Source: Thermoanaerobaculia bacterium | GTDB taxonomy: Bacteria > Acidobacteriota > Thermoanaerobaculia > Multivoradales > UBA5704 | Assembly: GCA_044226625.1 (NCBI GenBank) | Contig: JBGAGQ010000001.1 | Span: 128,001-192,000 of the forward strand | Direction: 5' to 3' | Length of the DNA: 64,000 bases | Shown here: positions 55,223 to 64,000 of the stretch, in pieces | Numbering within the stretch: position 1 is the stretch's first letter | Layout of the letters: every line of letters starts with the position of its first letter | Made by a program: the position numbers and the translations under genes | Notes under the pieces: generated by a model | What the model was told of the DNA's origin: nothing | Seen by the model: only the letters and a program-made list of their open reading frames with translations | The model's database searches: none

Positions 55223-57096
55223 GCAACGCCGCCTTCGTCCCCGCGACCCTCGAAGCGCTCGGTCGGCTCTCCTGCCTCCTCGCGCCCCTCGGCCGGGCAA
55301 CCCTTTTCGGGGGACTGCTCGCGGGCCTCGTCTGGGGCCTCGCTCGGAAAGCGCGCCGCCTGCCCGCAGGGCTCCTCGCCGCGATCTGGTGGGTGGTGGG
55401 CTTCCAGTTCCTGCTCGCGCTCGCCTGGCGCGAGCCGATCGTACTGCCGCTCCTGCCGGCGCGAGCGGAGCGGGCCACCCCCTCTCCGGTCCTCTCCGTG
55501 TCGCCGGAGACAAGGGTTTCGGCCGTGGAGCCTGCTGCCACCAGCCAGGAACCGCGCGGAACGGCCACCGATCCATCGGGACCGCCAACGGTCCGAAGCT
55601 CGAGCGGATTCGATACGCGCCCCCTCGCTTCCGCCCTCGTGATCGTCTGGCTGCTCGGTTGCCTGGCCCAGGGCCCGCGGACGTGGAGATCGCTCGCCGC
55701 CGCATGGCGTCTTCGACGTTCGGCTCGCCCCGTCGACGACCCCGAGCTGCTCGCCCGCGCCGGCTCGATCGCGGCCCGTCTCGGCCTCCACAAAGCGCCT
55801 CCGATCGCCTTTTCCGCCGAGGTGCGGGTGCCGCAGATCATGGGGCTGATGCGCCCCGTCGTGCTGCTCCCCGAGGGGCTCGCCGGATCGGATCTCGAGC
55901 TCGTGCTGGGTCACGAGTTGGCCCATCTGGTACGCCGAGATCTCTGGCTCGGGCTCGTGCCCGCCCTCGCCGAACGGCTGTTTTTTTTCCATCCGCTCGC
56001 TCGGCTCGCCGCGCGCGAGTACGCCCTCGCGTGCGAGGCGGCGTGCGACGCCCGCATGCTCGCAGCCCTCGAAGCTCCCGCCGCACGGTACGGGCATCTC
56101 CTGCTCCGCTTCGGCGTGGTTCCGCGCCAAGCCGCCTTCGCGGCGACCGGCGCTTCCCCGACGTACCTCCACTTGAAAAGGAGACTCCTCATGCTGCAGA
56201 ACTCCGCCCCCGCCGGGCGGCGAGCCCTGCCATGGCTGGCGCTGCTGGCCGCCGTCGGCTTGGTCGCCGCATCCCCCTTCCGGTTGATCGCGAAGCCCCG
56301 TCCCCAGGACGCCGAGCCTCGAACGGATGGAGCGGTCGTCGCGGAAACGCGCACCGTCTCGACGAACGAAGGTTCGACCACCCAGTACTCGTATTCCTAT
56401 AGCTACGCCTCCAACGACCGGACGGCTCCCCCTCCCCCGCCGGCGCCGCCCGCTCTCCCCGCACCTCCCGCACCTCCCGCCCCACCGAAACCGCCGAAGG
56501 ATTCGCGTCACGCGTCGATCTGGAGCTCCGACGACGACGGCAACTCGTACGTGGTGCTCTCGGGCGAGAACTCCTCGATGTCTGGGTCTCCCCGCGACCT
56601 GGGTCGGGCAGAGTCTTACCGGAAGGGCGGCGGCGATCTGATTTGGTTCGAGCGGAACGGCCAGGAGTACGTGATCCGCGATGCGGCACTGGTCAAGGCG
56701 GCGCAGGATGCCTTCCAGCCGGTCTCCGATCTGGGGGAAAAGCAGGGCGCGCTCGGCGCGGAGCAAGGCAAGCTCGGCGCCAAGCAGGGTGAGATGGGTG
56801 CCAAGCAAGGCGAACTGGGCGCGAAGATGGGCGCGCTCGCCGCTCGACAAGGCGCGCTGCGGCGCGACGACGACGAAGGGTCCGACGCGCTCGAGGAGCA
56901 GATGGAAGAGCTCGGCCGCCAGCAGGAAGAGCTGGGTCGGAAGCAGGACGAGCTCGGCCGGCAACAGGACGCCCTGGGTAAGAAACAGGACGAACTGGGC
57001 CGGAAGCAAGAGGAGGCCTCGAAAACCGCGGAGCGCCAGCTCCAGAAGCTGATGGACGAGGCGATCGCCAGCGGGAAGGCCGAGAAAGTTCACTAG
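55219..57096 (+). CDS. M56 (BlaR1-type) membrane metallopeptidase with a heptad-repeat C-terminal tail
   Basis: HELAH..R.D, FFFHP, E.ACD, LKRRL; Pro-rich linker; LGxxQxE repeats. Confidence 0.92.
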   Translation: MSNAAFVPATLEALGRLSCLLAPLGRATLFGGLLAGLVWGLARKARRLPAGLLAAIWWVVGFQFLLALAWREPIVLPLLPARAERATPSPVLSVSPETRVSAVEPAATSQEPRGTATDPSGPPTVRSSSGFDTRPLASALVIVWLLGCLAQGPRTWRSLAAAWRLRRSARPVDDPELLARAGSIAARLGLHKAPPIAFSAEVRVPQIMGLMRPVVLLPEGLAGSDLELVLGHELAHLVRRDLWLGLVPALAERLFFFHPLARLAAREYALACEAACDARMLAALEAPAARYGHLLLRFGVVPRQAAFAATGASPTYLHLKRRLLMLQNSAPAGRRALPWLALLAAVGLVAASPFRLIAKPRPQDAEPRTDGAVVAETRTVSTNEGSTTQYSYSYSYASNDRTAPPPPPAPPALPAPPAPPAPPKPPKDSRHASIWSSDDDGNSYVVLSGENSSMSGSPRDLGRAESYRKGGGDLIWFERNGQEYVIRDAALVKAAQDAFQPVSDLGEKQGALGAEQGKLGAKQGEMGAKQGELGAKMGALAARQGALRRDDDEGSDALEEQMEELGRQQEELGRKQDELGRQQDALGKKQDELGRKQEEASKTAERQLQKLMDEAIASGKAEKVH

Positions 57097-58612
57097 CCCC
57101 CCCGCTTCCGCTGCCTCACGCCGGCCGCTCCGGCTGGCTCAGATCTCGCCCGACAGTGCCTCCCCCTGACGACCCGCCAAGGGCGCCGAGCGACAGCTCC
57201 GCCCGTTCGCGGTCGTTCATCGGGGAGGCACGCTCGGGGAAACGCCGCTCCTAGGCGTCCTTCCCCTCGGTTCCCAGGCTTGGATCGCGGCAGGACGAAA
57301 CGGCCGGCCGAGCCACCGTGAGATACTCTGGGCTCAAGAGTCCCTCGCTCCGGTTCCAACTCTTCCCGAGCGGCGCTTCCCCACGCGAGCCTTTCATGCC
57401 CTCCGAGTCCAACGTCCCCGCGCGCCCCGAAACCCAGGAACCCGGCTTCCACGACCTGCAGCTTTCTCCCGCGGTGCTGCGGGCGCTCGACGACGTCGGT
57501 TACGAGACCCCATCGCCGATCCAGGCCGCGACTGATCCCGCCGCACCTCCCGCCCCACCGAAACCGCCGAAGGATTCGCGTCACGCGTCGATCTGGAGGC
57601 TCCGACGACGACGGCAACTCGTACGTGGTGCTCTCGGGCGAGAACTCCTCGATGTCTGGGTCTCCCGCGACCTGGGTCGGGCAGAGTCCTACCGGAAGGG
57701 CGGCGGCGACCTGATTTGGTTCGAGCGGAACGGCCAGGAGTACGTGATCCGCGACGCGGCGTTGATCAAGGCGGCGCAGGATGCCTTCCAGCCGGTCTCC
57801 GAGCTGGGCGAAAAGCAGGGCGCCCTCGGCGCGGAGCAGGGCAAGATCGGCGCTAAGCAGGGTGAGCTCGGTGCCAAGCAAGGCGAGCTGGGCGCGAGGA
57901 TCGGCGCGCTCGCCGCACAACAGAGTGAGCTGCGACACAACGACGACGAAGGGTCCGACGCGCTCGAGCGGCAGAGAGATGAGCTCGGCCGCCAACAGGA
58001 CCAGCTGGGTCGGAAGCAGGACGAGCTCTCACGGCAACAAGACGCCCTCAGCAGGAAGCAAGACGATCTGAGCCGCAGGCAAGAGGAGGCGTCGAAAGCC
58101 GCGGAGCGCCAGCTCAAGAAGCTGATGGACGAGGCGGTCGCGAGCGGCAAGGCCGAAAAAGTCCACTAACCTTCGCCCCGCTTCCGCTGCCTCACGCCGG
58201 CCGCTCCGGCTGGCTCAGATCTCGCCCGACAGTGGATTTCTTTGACGCCCCCGCCGCGGGTGCCGAGCGACAGCTCCGCCCGTGCGCGGTCGTTCATCGG
58301 GGAGGCACGCTCGTGGAAACGCCGCTCCTAGGCGTCCTTCCCCTCGGTTCCCAGGCTTGGATCGCGGCAGGAGATACTGTGAGCCACCGTGAGATACTCT
58401 GGGCTCAAGAGTCCTTGCTCCGGTTCTGCTCCTCCCGAGCGGCGCACCCCCACGCGAGCCCTTCATGCCCTCCGAGTCCAACGTCCCCGCGCGCCCCGAA
58501 ACCCAGGAACCCGGCTTCCACGACCTGCAGCTTTCTCCCGCGGTGCTGCGGGCGCTCGACGACGTCGGTTACGAGACCCCATCGCCGATCCAGGCCGCGA
58601 CGATCCCGCCGC
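56468..58612 (+). repeat. Direct tandem duplication of about 1.07 kb (M56 3' part, intergenic region, deaD 5' part)
   Basis: Unit 1 is 56468..57540, unit 2 is 57541..58612; the junction uses CCGC microhomology; the copies differ by substitutions and indels. Confidence 0.92.
57396..58169 (+). pseudogene. Chimeric ORF: DeaD N-terminus fused to a second copy of the M56 C-terminal tail
   Basis: MPSESNV...GYETPSPIQAAT joined to PPAPPKPPKD...KAEKVH, with a compensated +1/-1 frameshift near 57598-57666. Confidence 0.6.
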
Positions 58613-60274
58613 TGCTCGCGGGAAAAGATCTCGTCGGACAGGCGCAAACCGGCACGGGAAAGACGGCGGCTTTCGCGCTGCCGATCCTCACCCGGCTTAC
58701 CTCCAAGGCCACGAAACCGCAGGCCCTCGTGCTTACCCCGACGCGGGAGCTCGCGATCCAGGTGGCCGAGGCGTTCCAGCGCTACGCGGCGCACGTGCCT
58801 GGGTTCCACGTCCTGCCGATCTACGGCGGCCAAAGCTACGGACCGCAGCTCTCCGCCCTCCGCCGCGGCGTCCACGTCGTAGTCGGGACGCCGGGGCGCA
58901 TCCTCGACCATCTCGAAAAGGCCTCGCTCGATCTGTCGGGGATCGCCACGCTGGTGCTCGACGAGGCGGACGAGATGCTGCGCATGGGGTTCATCGAGGA
59001 CGTCGAGACGATCCTAGAAAAGACCCCGCCGGAACGTCAGGTCGCGCTCTTCTCGGCCACCATGCCGGCGCCGATCCGGCGGATCGCCCAGAAGCACCTC
59101 GACGCACCGGTCGAGGTGACGATCCGCGGCACGACGACGACCGCGCCGAAGATCCGCCAGCGCTACTGGCTGGTCGGCGGCATGCACAAGCTCGACGCGC
59201 TCACCCGGATCCTGGAGGTCGAGCCGTTCGAAGCGATGATCGTCTTCGCGCGCACCAAGCTCTCGTGCGCCGAGCTCGCCGAGCGGCTGGAGGCGCGCGG
59301 CTTCGCTGCCGCTCCGATCCACGGGGACATGCAGCAGGCGATGCGCGAAAAGACCATCGCCCGCTTGAAGGACGGCCAGCTCGACATCCTGGTCGCGACC
59401 GACGTCGCCGCCCGAGGCCTCGACGTCGACCGGATCAGCCACGTCCTGAACTACGACATTCCGAACGACACCGAGGCGTACGTTCACCGCATCGGCCGCA
59501 CCGGCCGCGCGGGACGGAGCGGCGAGGCGATCCTGTTCGTCACCCCGCGCGAGCGGACGATGCTCGCGGCGATCGAGCGCGCGACGCGCCAGAAGATCGA
59601 GCCGATGGAGCTCCCCTCGATCGAGGCGGTGAACGACCAACGGATCGGCAAGTGGAAGCGCCAGCTCACCGAGACGCTCGCCAAAGAGGGGCTCGAGCCG
59701 TTTCAAAAGCTGGTCGAGCAGTACGAACGCGAGCACGACGTCCCGGTGCTCGAGATCGCGGCGGCACTCGCCCGAATGGCGCACGGCGACGCGCCGCTGC
59801 TGCTGGAGAAGGCCGCGCCAACTCCAAGGCCCCGGCCGAAAGCCCAACCGGCATTGCCCTGGACTTCGAAACCATCCACCCAGCCGCAGCGCGGCGGTCC
59901 GCGAACGCCCGCGCCGACGGCCGCTCGGCGTGGCGAGTCCGCCGCGCCACCGGTTTCTCGGCGCGGCGAGACCAGCTCGCCTCGTTTGGCCTCCGCGAGC
60001 CTCGCCCGGTTTCGCGCGCTATCGGGTCGAGGTGGGAAGCGACCACGGCGCCAAGCCCGGCAACCTGGTCGGAGCGATCACCAACGAAGCGGGCCTCGAA
60101 AGCCGGCACATCGGCCGGATCGAGCTCCGCGACGATCATTCCTTCGTCGAGCTGCCGGTGGGCCTTTCGAGCGCGACGCTCCGGCACCTGCAGAACGTCC
60201 GCGTCGCCGGACAGCGCCTCGCGATCTCCCGCGAGCGCGACCTTCCGAAACGGCCCAAACCCAAAGGAACGTAG
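58465..60274 (+). CDS. deaD: DEAD-box RNA helicase (DeaD/CsdA), apparently frameshifted before the C-terminal domain
   Basis: GYETPSPIQ, AQTGTGKT, PTRELA, DEAD, SAT, ARGLD, HRIGRTGR; the DbpA-type domain YRVEVG...PGNLVGAITNEAG lies in the +1 frame, ending at 60274. Confidence 0.88.
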
Positions 60275-60383
60275 AGAACGTAGAGACGCCCCAGGCCCGC
60301 GGGAAGGATCGTGGATCACCGAACCGGAGACGCCCCGACGTCCGTGGTCCAGGAGAGATCGGTGGCAAGGTACTGGGGCGTCT

Positions 60384-60923
60384 CTACATCGGGTCTCGGC
60401 CTGGGTGGAGGGAAATCCGAGCGGGCGGGTCGTCCACGCGGAACGACAGCGGTCGCGGATCGCCGAGGCCGCGCAGCAGGACGTGATTCACTTGAGAAGG
60501 CTCGACTTCGAACAGCACGCGGTCGATCAAATCGAAATCGCCTTCGACCCCCGTCACTTTGAAGTACAGCCAGGCCTCGCGGTAGCTCACCTCGCGCCCG
60601 ACCCGTTCGATCGGCAAAGGCTTGCCACCCGGCGGGGTCACGAGAAAACGCGAGGCGAGGTAGCCGACGATCTCCCGTTCCGCCTCGGGCGACTCGAGCG
60701 GCAGCCGCCTGCCCGAGATCCTCTGGAGGGCGCCCTCGAGCTCCTCGGGCACGACCGCGAGCGCCACTTCGAGGCAGCGGCACTCGACGCGATAGTCGAC
60801 CTCGGCGTGGCTCGCGTGAAACGGATGGGCGGCTACCGGAACGGCGCTCCCGAATCCCGCGAGCAGGAGGAGCGCCGCCGGCAGCCCTGTCGTCGCGACC
60901 GGCCGTCTCGACCCTGGGCTCAA
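60384..60923 (-). CDS. DUF6702-like secreted protein
   Basis: Signal peptide then AHPFH.S; LFE..P.Q.N; coupled to the M1 gene. Confidence 0.7.
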   Translation of the reverse strand: MSPGSRRPVATTGLPAALLLLAGFGSAVPVAAHPFHASHAEVDYRVECRCLEVALAVVPEELEGALQRISGRRLPLESPEAEREIVGYLASRFLVTPPGGKPLPIERVGREVSYREAWLYFKVTGVEGDFDLIDRVLFEVEPSQVNHVLLRGLGDPRPLSFRVDDPPARISLHPGRDPM

Positions 60924-63331
60924 GGCTTCGGCGTCTCCCCGGATCCCTGGCGCATGGGGTTCGGCTTCTCGTCCGGCTTGAACAGCTGGAAGCGCGTCTT
61001 GCCCGGCCGCGCCGGCCAGCCGTTGTTCGAGAGGTTGGAGTCCGCCGTCTCGAGCCGCGGATCGATCTCGATGCCGGTGATCTCCTGGTCCTCGATGAAC
61101 AGCTTGGTCACCCGCTCCGCGTTGTAGCGCCAGATCTCGGCTGGAAGGGTGAGGTCACGGTGCGAGCCGTCGGCGTAGCTGATGCGCAACGGGAGGGGTG
61201 TCACGAGACCTCCGCGATTGACGAAATCGACCGTGAAGAAACGCTTCTTCGAGGCGAGCACCGATTTCTCCGACGCGTCCAGCGAAGCGAGGAGCTTTTG
61301 GTAGTCCGCCGAATCCTTCGGCGTCACGCGATACTCGTCGAGCTGGTTGTAGAAGTCGGAGAGCTCCGGCCGCGCCTCGATCCGCTTCGGCTGCGCCGCG
61401 TTGCGCTCGGCCGAGAGCGTCTTCGGCTCGGCGTCGTCGTACGCCTTTTGGCGCAGCTTCGCCCCCTCCGGCTCGCCGGAATCGAGCACGTATTCGCGCA
61501 CGTTTTCGACCCCGACGTCGACGTGGCCGGTGCCGTAGAACCAGCCGCGCCAGAACCAGTCGAGGTCGACGCCCGACGCGTCCTCCATGGTGCGGAAGAA
61601 GTCGGCCGGCGTCGGATGCTTGAACTTCCAGCGCCGCGCGTACTCGCGGAACGCGAAATCGAACAGCTCGCGGCCGAGGACGCTCTCGCGCAGGATGTTG
61701 AGCGCGGTCGCCGGCTTGCCGTAGGCGTTGCTGCCGAACTGGAGCACCGATTCGGAGTTGGTCATGATCGGCACCTGATCGGCCGAAACCATGTAGGAGA
61801 CGATGTCCTTCGGCTCGCCGCGGCGCGACGGGTAGTCCTTCTCCCACGACTGCTCGGCGAGGTATTGGAGGAAGGTGTTCAGCCCCTCGTCCATCCAGGT
61901 CCACTGCCGCTCGTCGGAGTTCACGATCATCGGGAAGTAGTTGTGGCCCACCTCGTGGATCACCACCGAGATCAGACCGTACTTGCTCCGTTTCCAGGTT
62001 TTTTCCTTGTCCGACGGCTCGCCCCAGTAGGTCTTGTCCTCGTAGGGGCGCGGCTGGTTGAAGCAGATCATCGGGTATTCCATGCCGCCGACCGGGCCGT
62101 TCACCGAGATCGCGACCGGATATGGGAAGTCGAAGGTGTATTTCGAATAGCTCTCGATCGTGTGCGCGACCGCCTCGGTCGAATACCGGCTCCAGAGCGG
62201 ATCTCCTTCGTTCGGAAAGAACGACATCGCGAGCACCCGCTTCGGTCCGCTCTGGACCCCCATCGCATCCCAGATGAACTTGCGCGAGCTGGCGAACGCG
62301 ACGTCCCGGACGTCTTCGGCATGGAAGCGCCACACCCTGCGCCCGGGCGCCTTCACGTAGGTCCGGCGCTCGCGAGCGGCGGCCTCCTCCGGCGTGATCA
62401 CGTAGACCGGCTTGTCGCTTTTCGCGGCGCGCGCGAGCCGTTCGCGCTCCTCGACCGAGAGCACCTCCCCCGGGTTCTGGAGCAGGCCGGTGGCCGCGAC
62501 CACGTGATCTTCCGGCACGTCGATCGAGAGGTCGTAGTCGCCCAGATCGAGCGTGAACTCGCCGGAGCCGAGGTACTGCTTGTGCTGCCACCCTTGGTAG
62601 TCGAGGTAGGCGGCCATCCGCGGATAGAACTGGGCGATCTCGTAGATCGCGTTGCCGTCCTCAAACGCCTCGTAGCCGGTGCGCGCGCGGATCTTCGTGC
62701 CGTCGATGACGTTGAAGGCAAAAGCCACCCGAAAGACGAACGTCCCTCCGGGCAAAAGCGGGGTCGGCAGGTCGATCCGCATCATCGTCTTGACCGGGGT
62801 CGCGCGGAGCGGCGTCCCCTTGTCGTCGGTCACCGACGCGATCTCGAATCCACCCTGAAAGCTGTTCATCTCCAGCCGCTGCGCGAGGTCGTCGTAGCCG
62901 ATCTCGTCCCAGGTCGACGGCGCGGCCTGGGTGACCACGCTGTCGCTGTCCGGGCGGAAACGATTCTGGTCGAGCTGCAACCATAGGTAGGACAGCGTGT
63001 GCGGCGAGCGGTTGCGGTAGGTGATCCGCTCCTTACCCTCGATCCGGCGCTTCGCGTCGTCGAGGCGGACGTCGATCTGGTAGTCGGCCTGCTGCTGCCA
63101 GTACTGGGGGCCCGGGGCGCCCGAGGCGAGACGCGTCTCGGTGGGGGTCGGCAGCAGCCATTCGAGCTGCGCGAACGCCTCGGCGCCGGTGCCCGCCCCG
63201 GGGGTCGCCGGTTCAGGAGACTTGCTCGGCAGCGGCTGCGCGCCCGCCGAGAGAGCGAACGCGGCGCCGATCGACGCGGCAAAGAGAACGACACGGCGGA
63301 CGAAGGAGATCGGGCGCGGACGGCTGGGCAT
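60920..63331 (-). CDS. M1 family metallopeptidase
   Basis: YWQQ.ADY, GGMEYP, HEVGH-X18-E (WMDEG), AYGKPA. Confidence 0.93.
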   Translation of the reverse strand: MPSRPRPISFVRRVVLFAASIGAAFALSAGAQPLPSKSPEPATPGAGTGAEAFAQLEWLLPTPTETRLASGAPGPQYWQQQADYQIDVRLDDAKRRIEGKERITYRNRSPHTLSYLWLQLDQNRFRPDSDSVVTQAAPSTWDEIGYDDLAQRLEMNSFQGGFEIASVTDDKGTPLRATPVKTMMRIDLPTPLLPGGTFVFRVAFAFNVIDGTKIRARTGYEAFEDGNAIYEIAQFYPRMAAYLDYQGWQHKQYLGSGEFTLDLGDYDLSIDVPEDHVVAATGLLQNPGEVLSVEERERLARAAKSDKPVYVITPEEAAARERRTYVKAPGRRVWRFHAEDVRDVAFASSRKFIWDAMGVQSGPKRVLAMSFFPNEGDPLWSRYSTEAVAHTIESYSKYTFDFPYPVAISVNGPVGGMEYPMICFNQPRPYEDKTYWGEPSDKEKTWKRSKYGLISVVIHEVGHNYFPMIVNSDERQWTWMDEGLNTFLQYLAEQSWEKDYPSRRGEPKDIVSYMVSADQVPIMTNSESVLQFGSNAYGKPATALNILRESVLGRELFDFAFREYARRWKFKHPTPADFFRTMEDASGVDLDWFWRGWFYGTGHVDVGVENVREYVLDSGEPEGAKLRQKAYDDAEPKTLSAERNAAQPKRIEARPELSDFYNQLDEYRVTPKDSADYQKLLASLDASEKSVLASKKRFFTVDFVNRGGLVTPLPLRISYADGSHRDLTLPAEIWRYNAERVTKLFIEDQEITGIEIDPRLETADSNLSNNGWPARPGKTRFQLFKPDEKPNPMRQGSGETPKP

Positions 63332-63512
63332 GGTTCGAGCCTCTCGAGAGAAGGGACGATCGAGGATACGGAACCCGAGCGCGGGAGTTTAGCGCGGGAC
63401 GGCCCACCCCTCCGTCGCCTTGGGACGAAGGCCTTGGGCGCCCCGCTCGCTACCGCAGGCGGCGTGCCTGCCTCCGCCCCTACGTTCGCGTCGAGCCGGA
63501 TCGAAGCGATTT

Positions 63513-64000
63513 CTAGGTCGATTCGACGCCGGGCTCCGCCGGCATCGGCATGTCGTCTTCGGCCTTCGCACGGCGGCGTCGGAACGGCGCCGCGATCCGT
63601 CGCGTGAGCAGGTCGATCTCGGCGTACAACCAGAGCTTCAAACCGCGCGCGACCATCTTGAAGGGCGCGTAGCCCAGCTCGAACCGGGCGACCAGCCGGC
63701 GGCCGTCGTTCCGTTCGCCAGCCACGCCGAGCGCCCGCCGCCCCTCGGCGATCGCCTTGAACCGCCGGTTGTAGAGGTGGAGCATCCAGTAGCTGAGGAA
63801 CGCCTCCCGCGGCCCGAGGACCGGCATCCAATGGAAACGCTTGAGGATCCGATACGCGGGCATGACCAGGAAGATGAAGTACTGGCCGGTGTCGATCAAC
63901 ATCGCGGCCGAGGCGAGGTCGAACTCGCCCATGTAGTAGTACTTGTCGCGATAGATCGACTCGAAGAAGCGGCGATAGGAGCGGAGGAACGTCTCGTTGT
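63513..64000 (-). CDS. C-terminal part of a possible flavin-dependent halogenase/oxidoreductase (5' end outside the window)
   Basis: Open to the window edge: NETFLRSYRRFFESIYRDKYYYMGEFDL...YNRRF..IA; resembles halogenase-family C-termini from memory; no FAD motif visible. Confidence 0.45.
   Translation of the reverse strand, partial: NETFLRSYRRFFESIYRDKYYYMGEFDLASAAMLIDTGQYFIFLVMPAYRILKRFHWMPVLGPREAFLSYWMLHLYNRRFKAIAEGRRALGVAGERNDGRRLVARFELGYAPFKMVARGLKLWLYAEIDLLTRRIAAPFRRRRAKAEDDMPMPAEPGVEST

Noticed and set aside
63513-64000. Link between the possible halogenase and the NRPS cluster
   Set aside because: They are 60 kb apart with unrelated genes between, and the halogenase call is itself tentative

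Overview
High-GC bacterial DNA, probably Acidobacteriota (inferred from an ADOP-type duplicated permease, an FHA-sigma54 activator and a TPR Ser/Thr kinase). Most long ORFs in the supplied track are antisense or off-frame shadows; about 50 real CDSs are supported. Left to right: (1) the start of an NRPS cluster (IPNS-like 2OG oxygenase, SDR, NRPS beginning with T-C) running off the left edge; (2) a cassette in which a TPR Ser/Thr kinase and an FHA-sigma54 activator bracket three secreted unknowns, one a DUF6345-like His/Cys protein, behind a clear -24/-12 promoter; (3) an M35 peptidase and a TA-like nucleotidyltransferase pair; (4) a selenocysteine formate dehydrogenase operon, with in-frame TGA plus SECIS missed by the ORF track and a split, re-ordered alpha subunit; (5) a TAP-like hydrolase, the ADOP permease and an astacin-CHAT multi-protease; (6) a 14.5 kb cluster (YHS, GlcG, gluconolactonase, glucose dehydrogenase, GH63, debranching enzyme, aquaporin, GMC oxidoreductase, VOC, DoxX) whose three transcription units share one ECF-type motif, GTAAC-N12/13-CCGGCATA, and which is interrupted by a TA pair, a MITE-like element and a 540 bp nested palindrome; (7) queG, SGNH hydrolases, xth, a CutF-like leader with an outer-membrane protein, a BlaI/M56 pair with operator, a 1.07 kb tandem duplication fusing deaD to the M56 tail, a frameshifted deaD, an M1 peptidase and the end of a possible halogenase. 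Many genes look leaderless. No rRNA, tRNA, CRISPR array or transposase was found. The best candidates for undescribed systems are the ECF-coregulated cluster (6) and the kinase/FHA-sigma54 cassette (2). All family assignments come from motif recognition by eye, not database searches.
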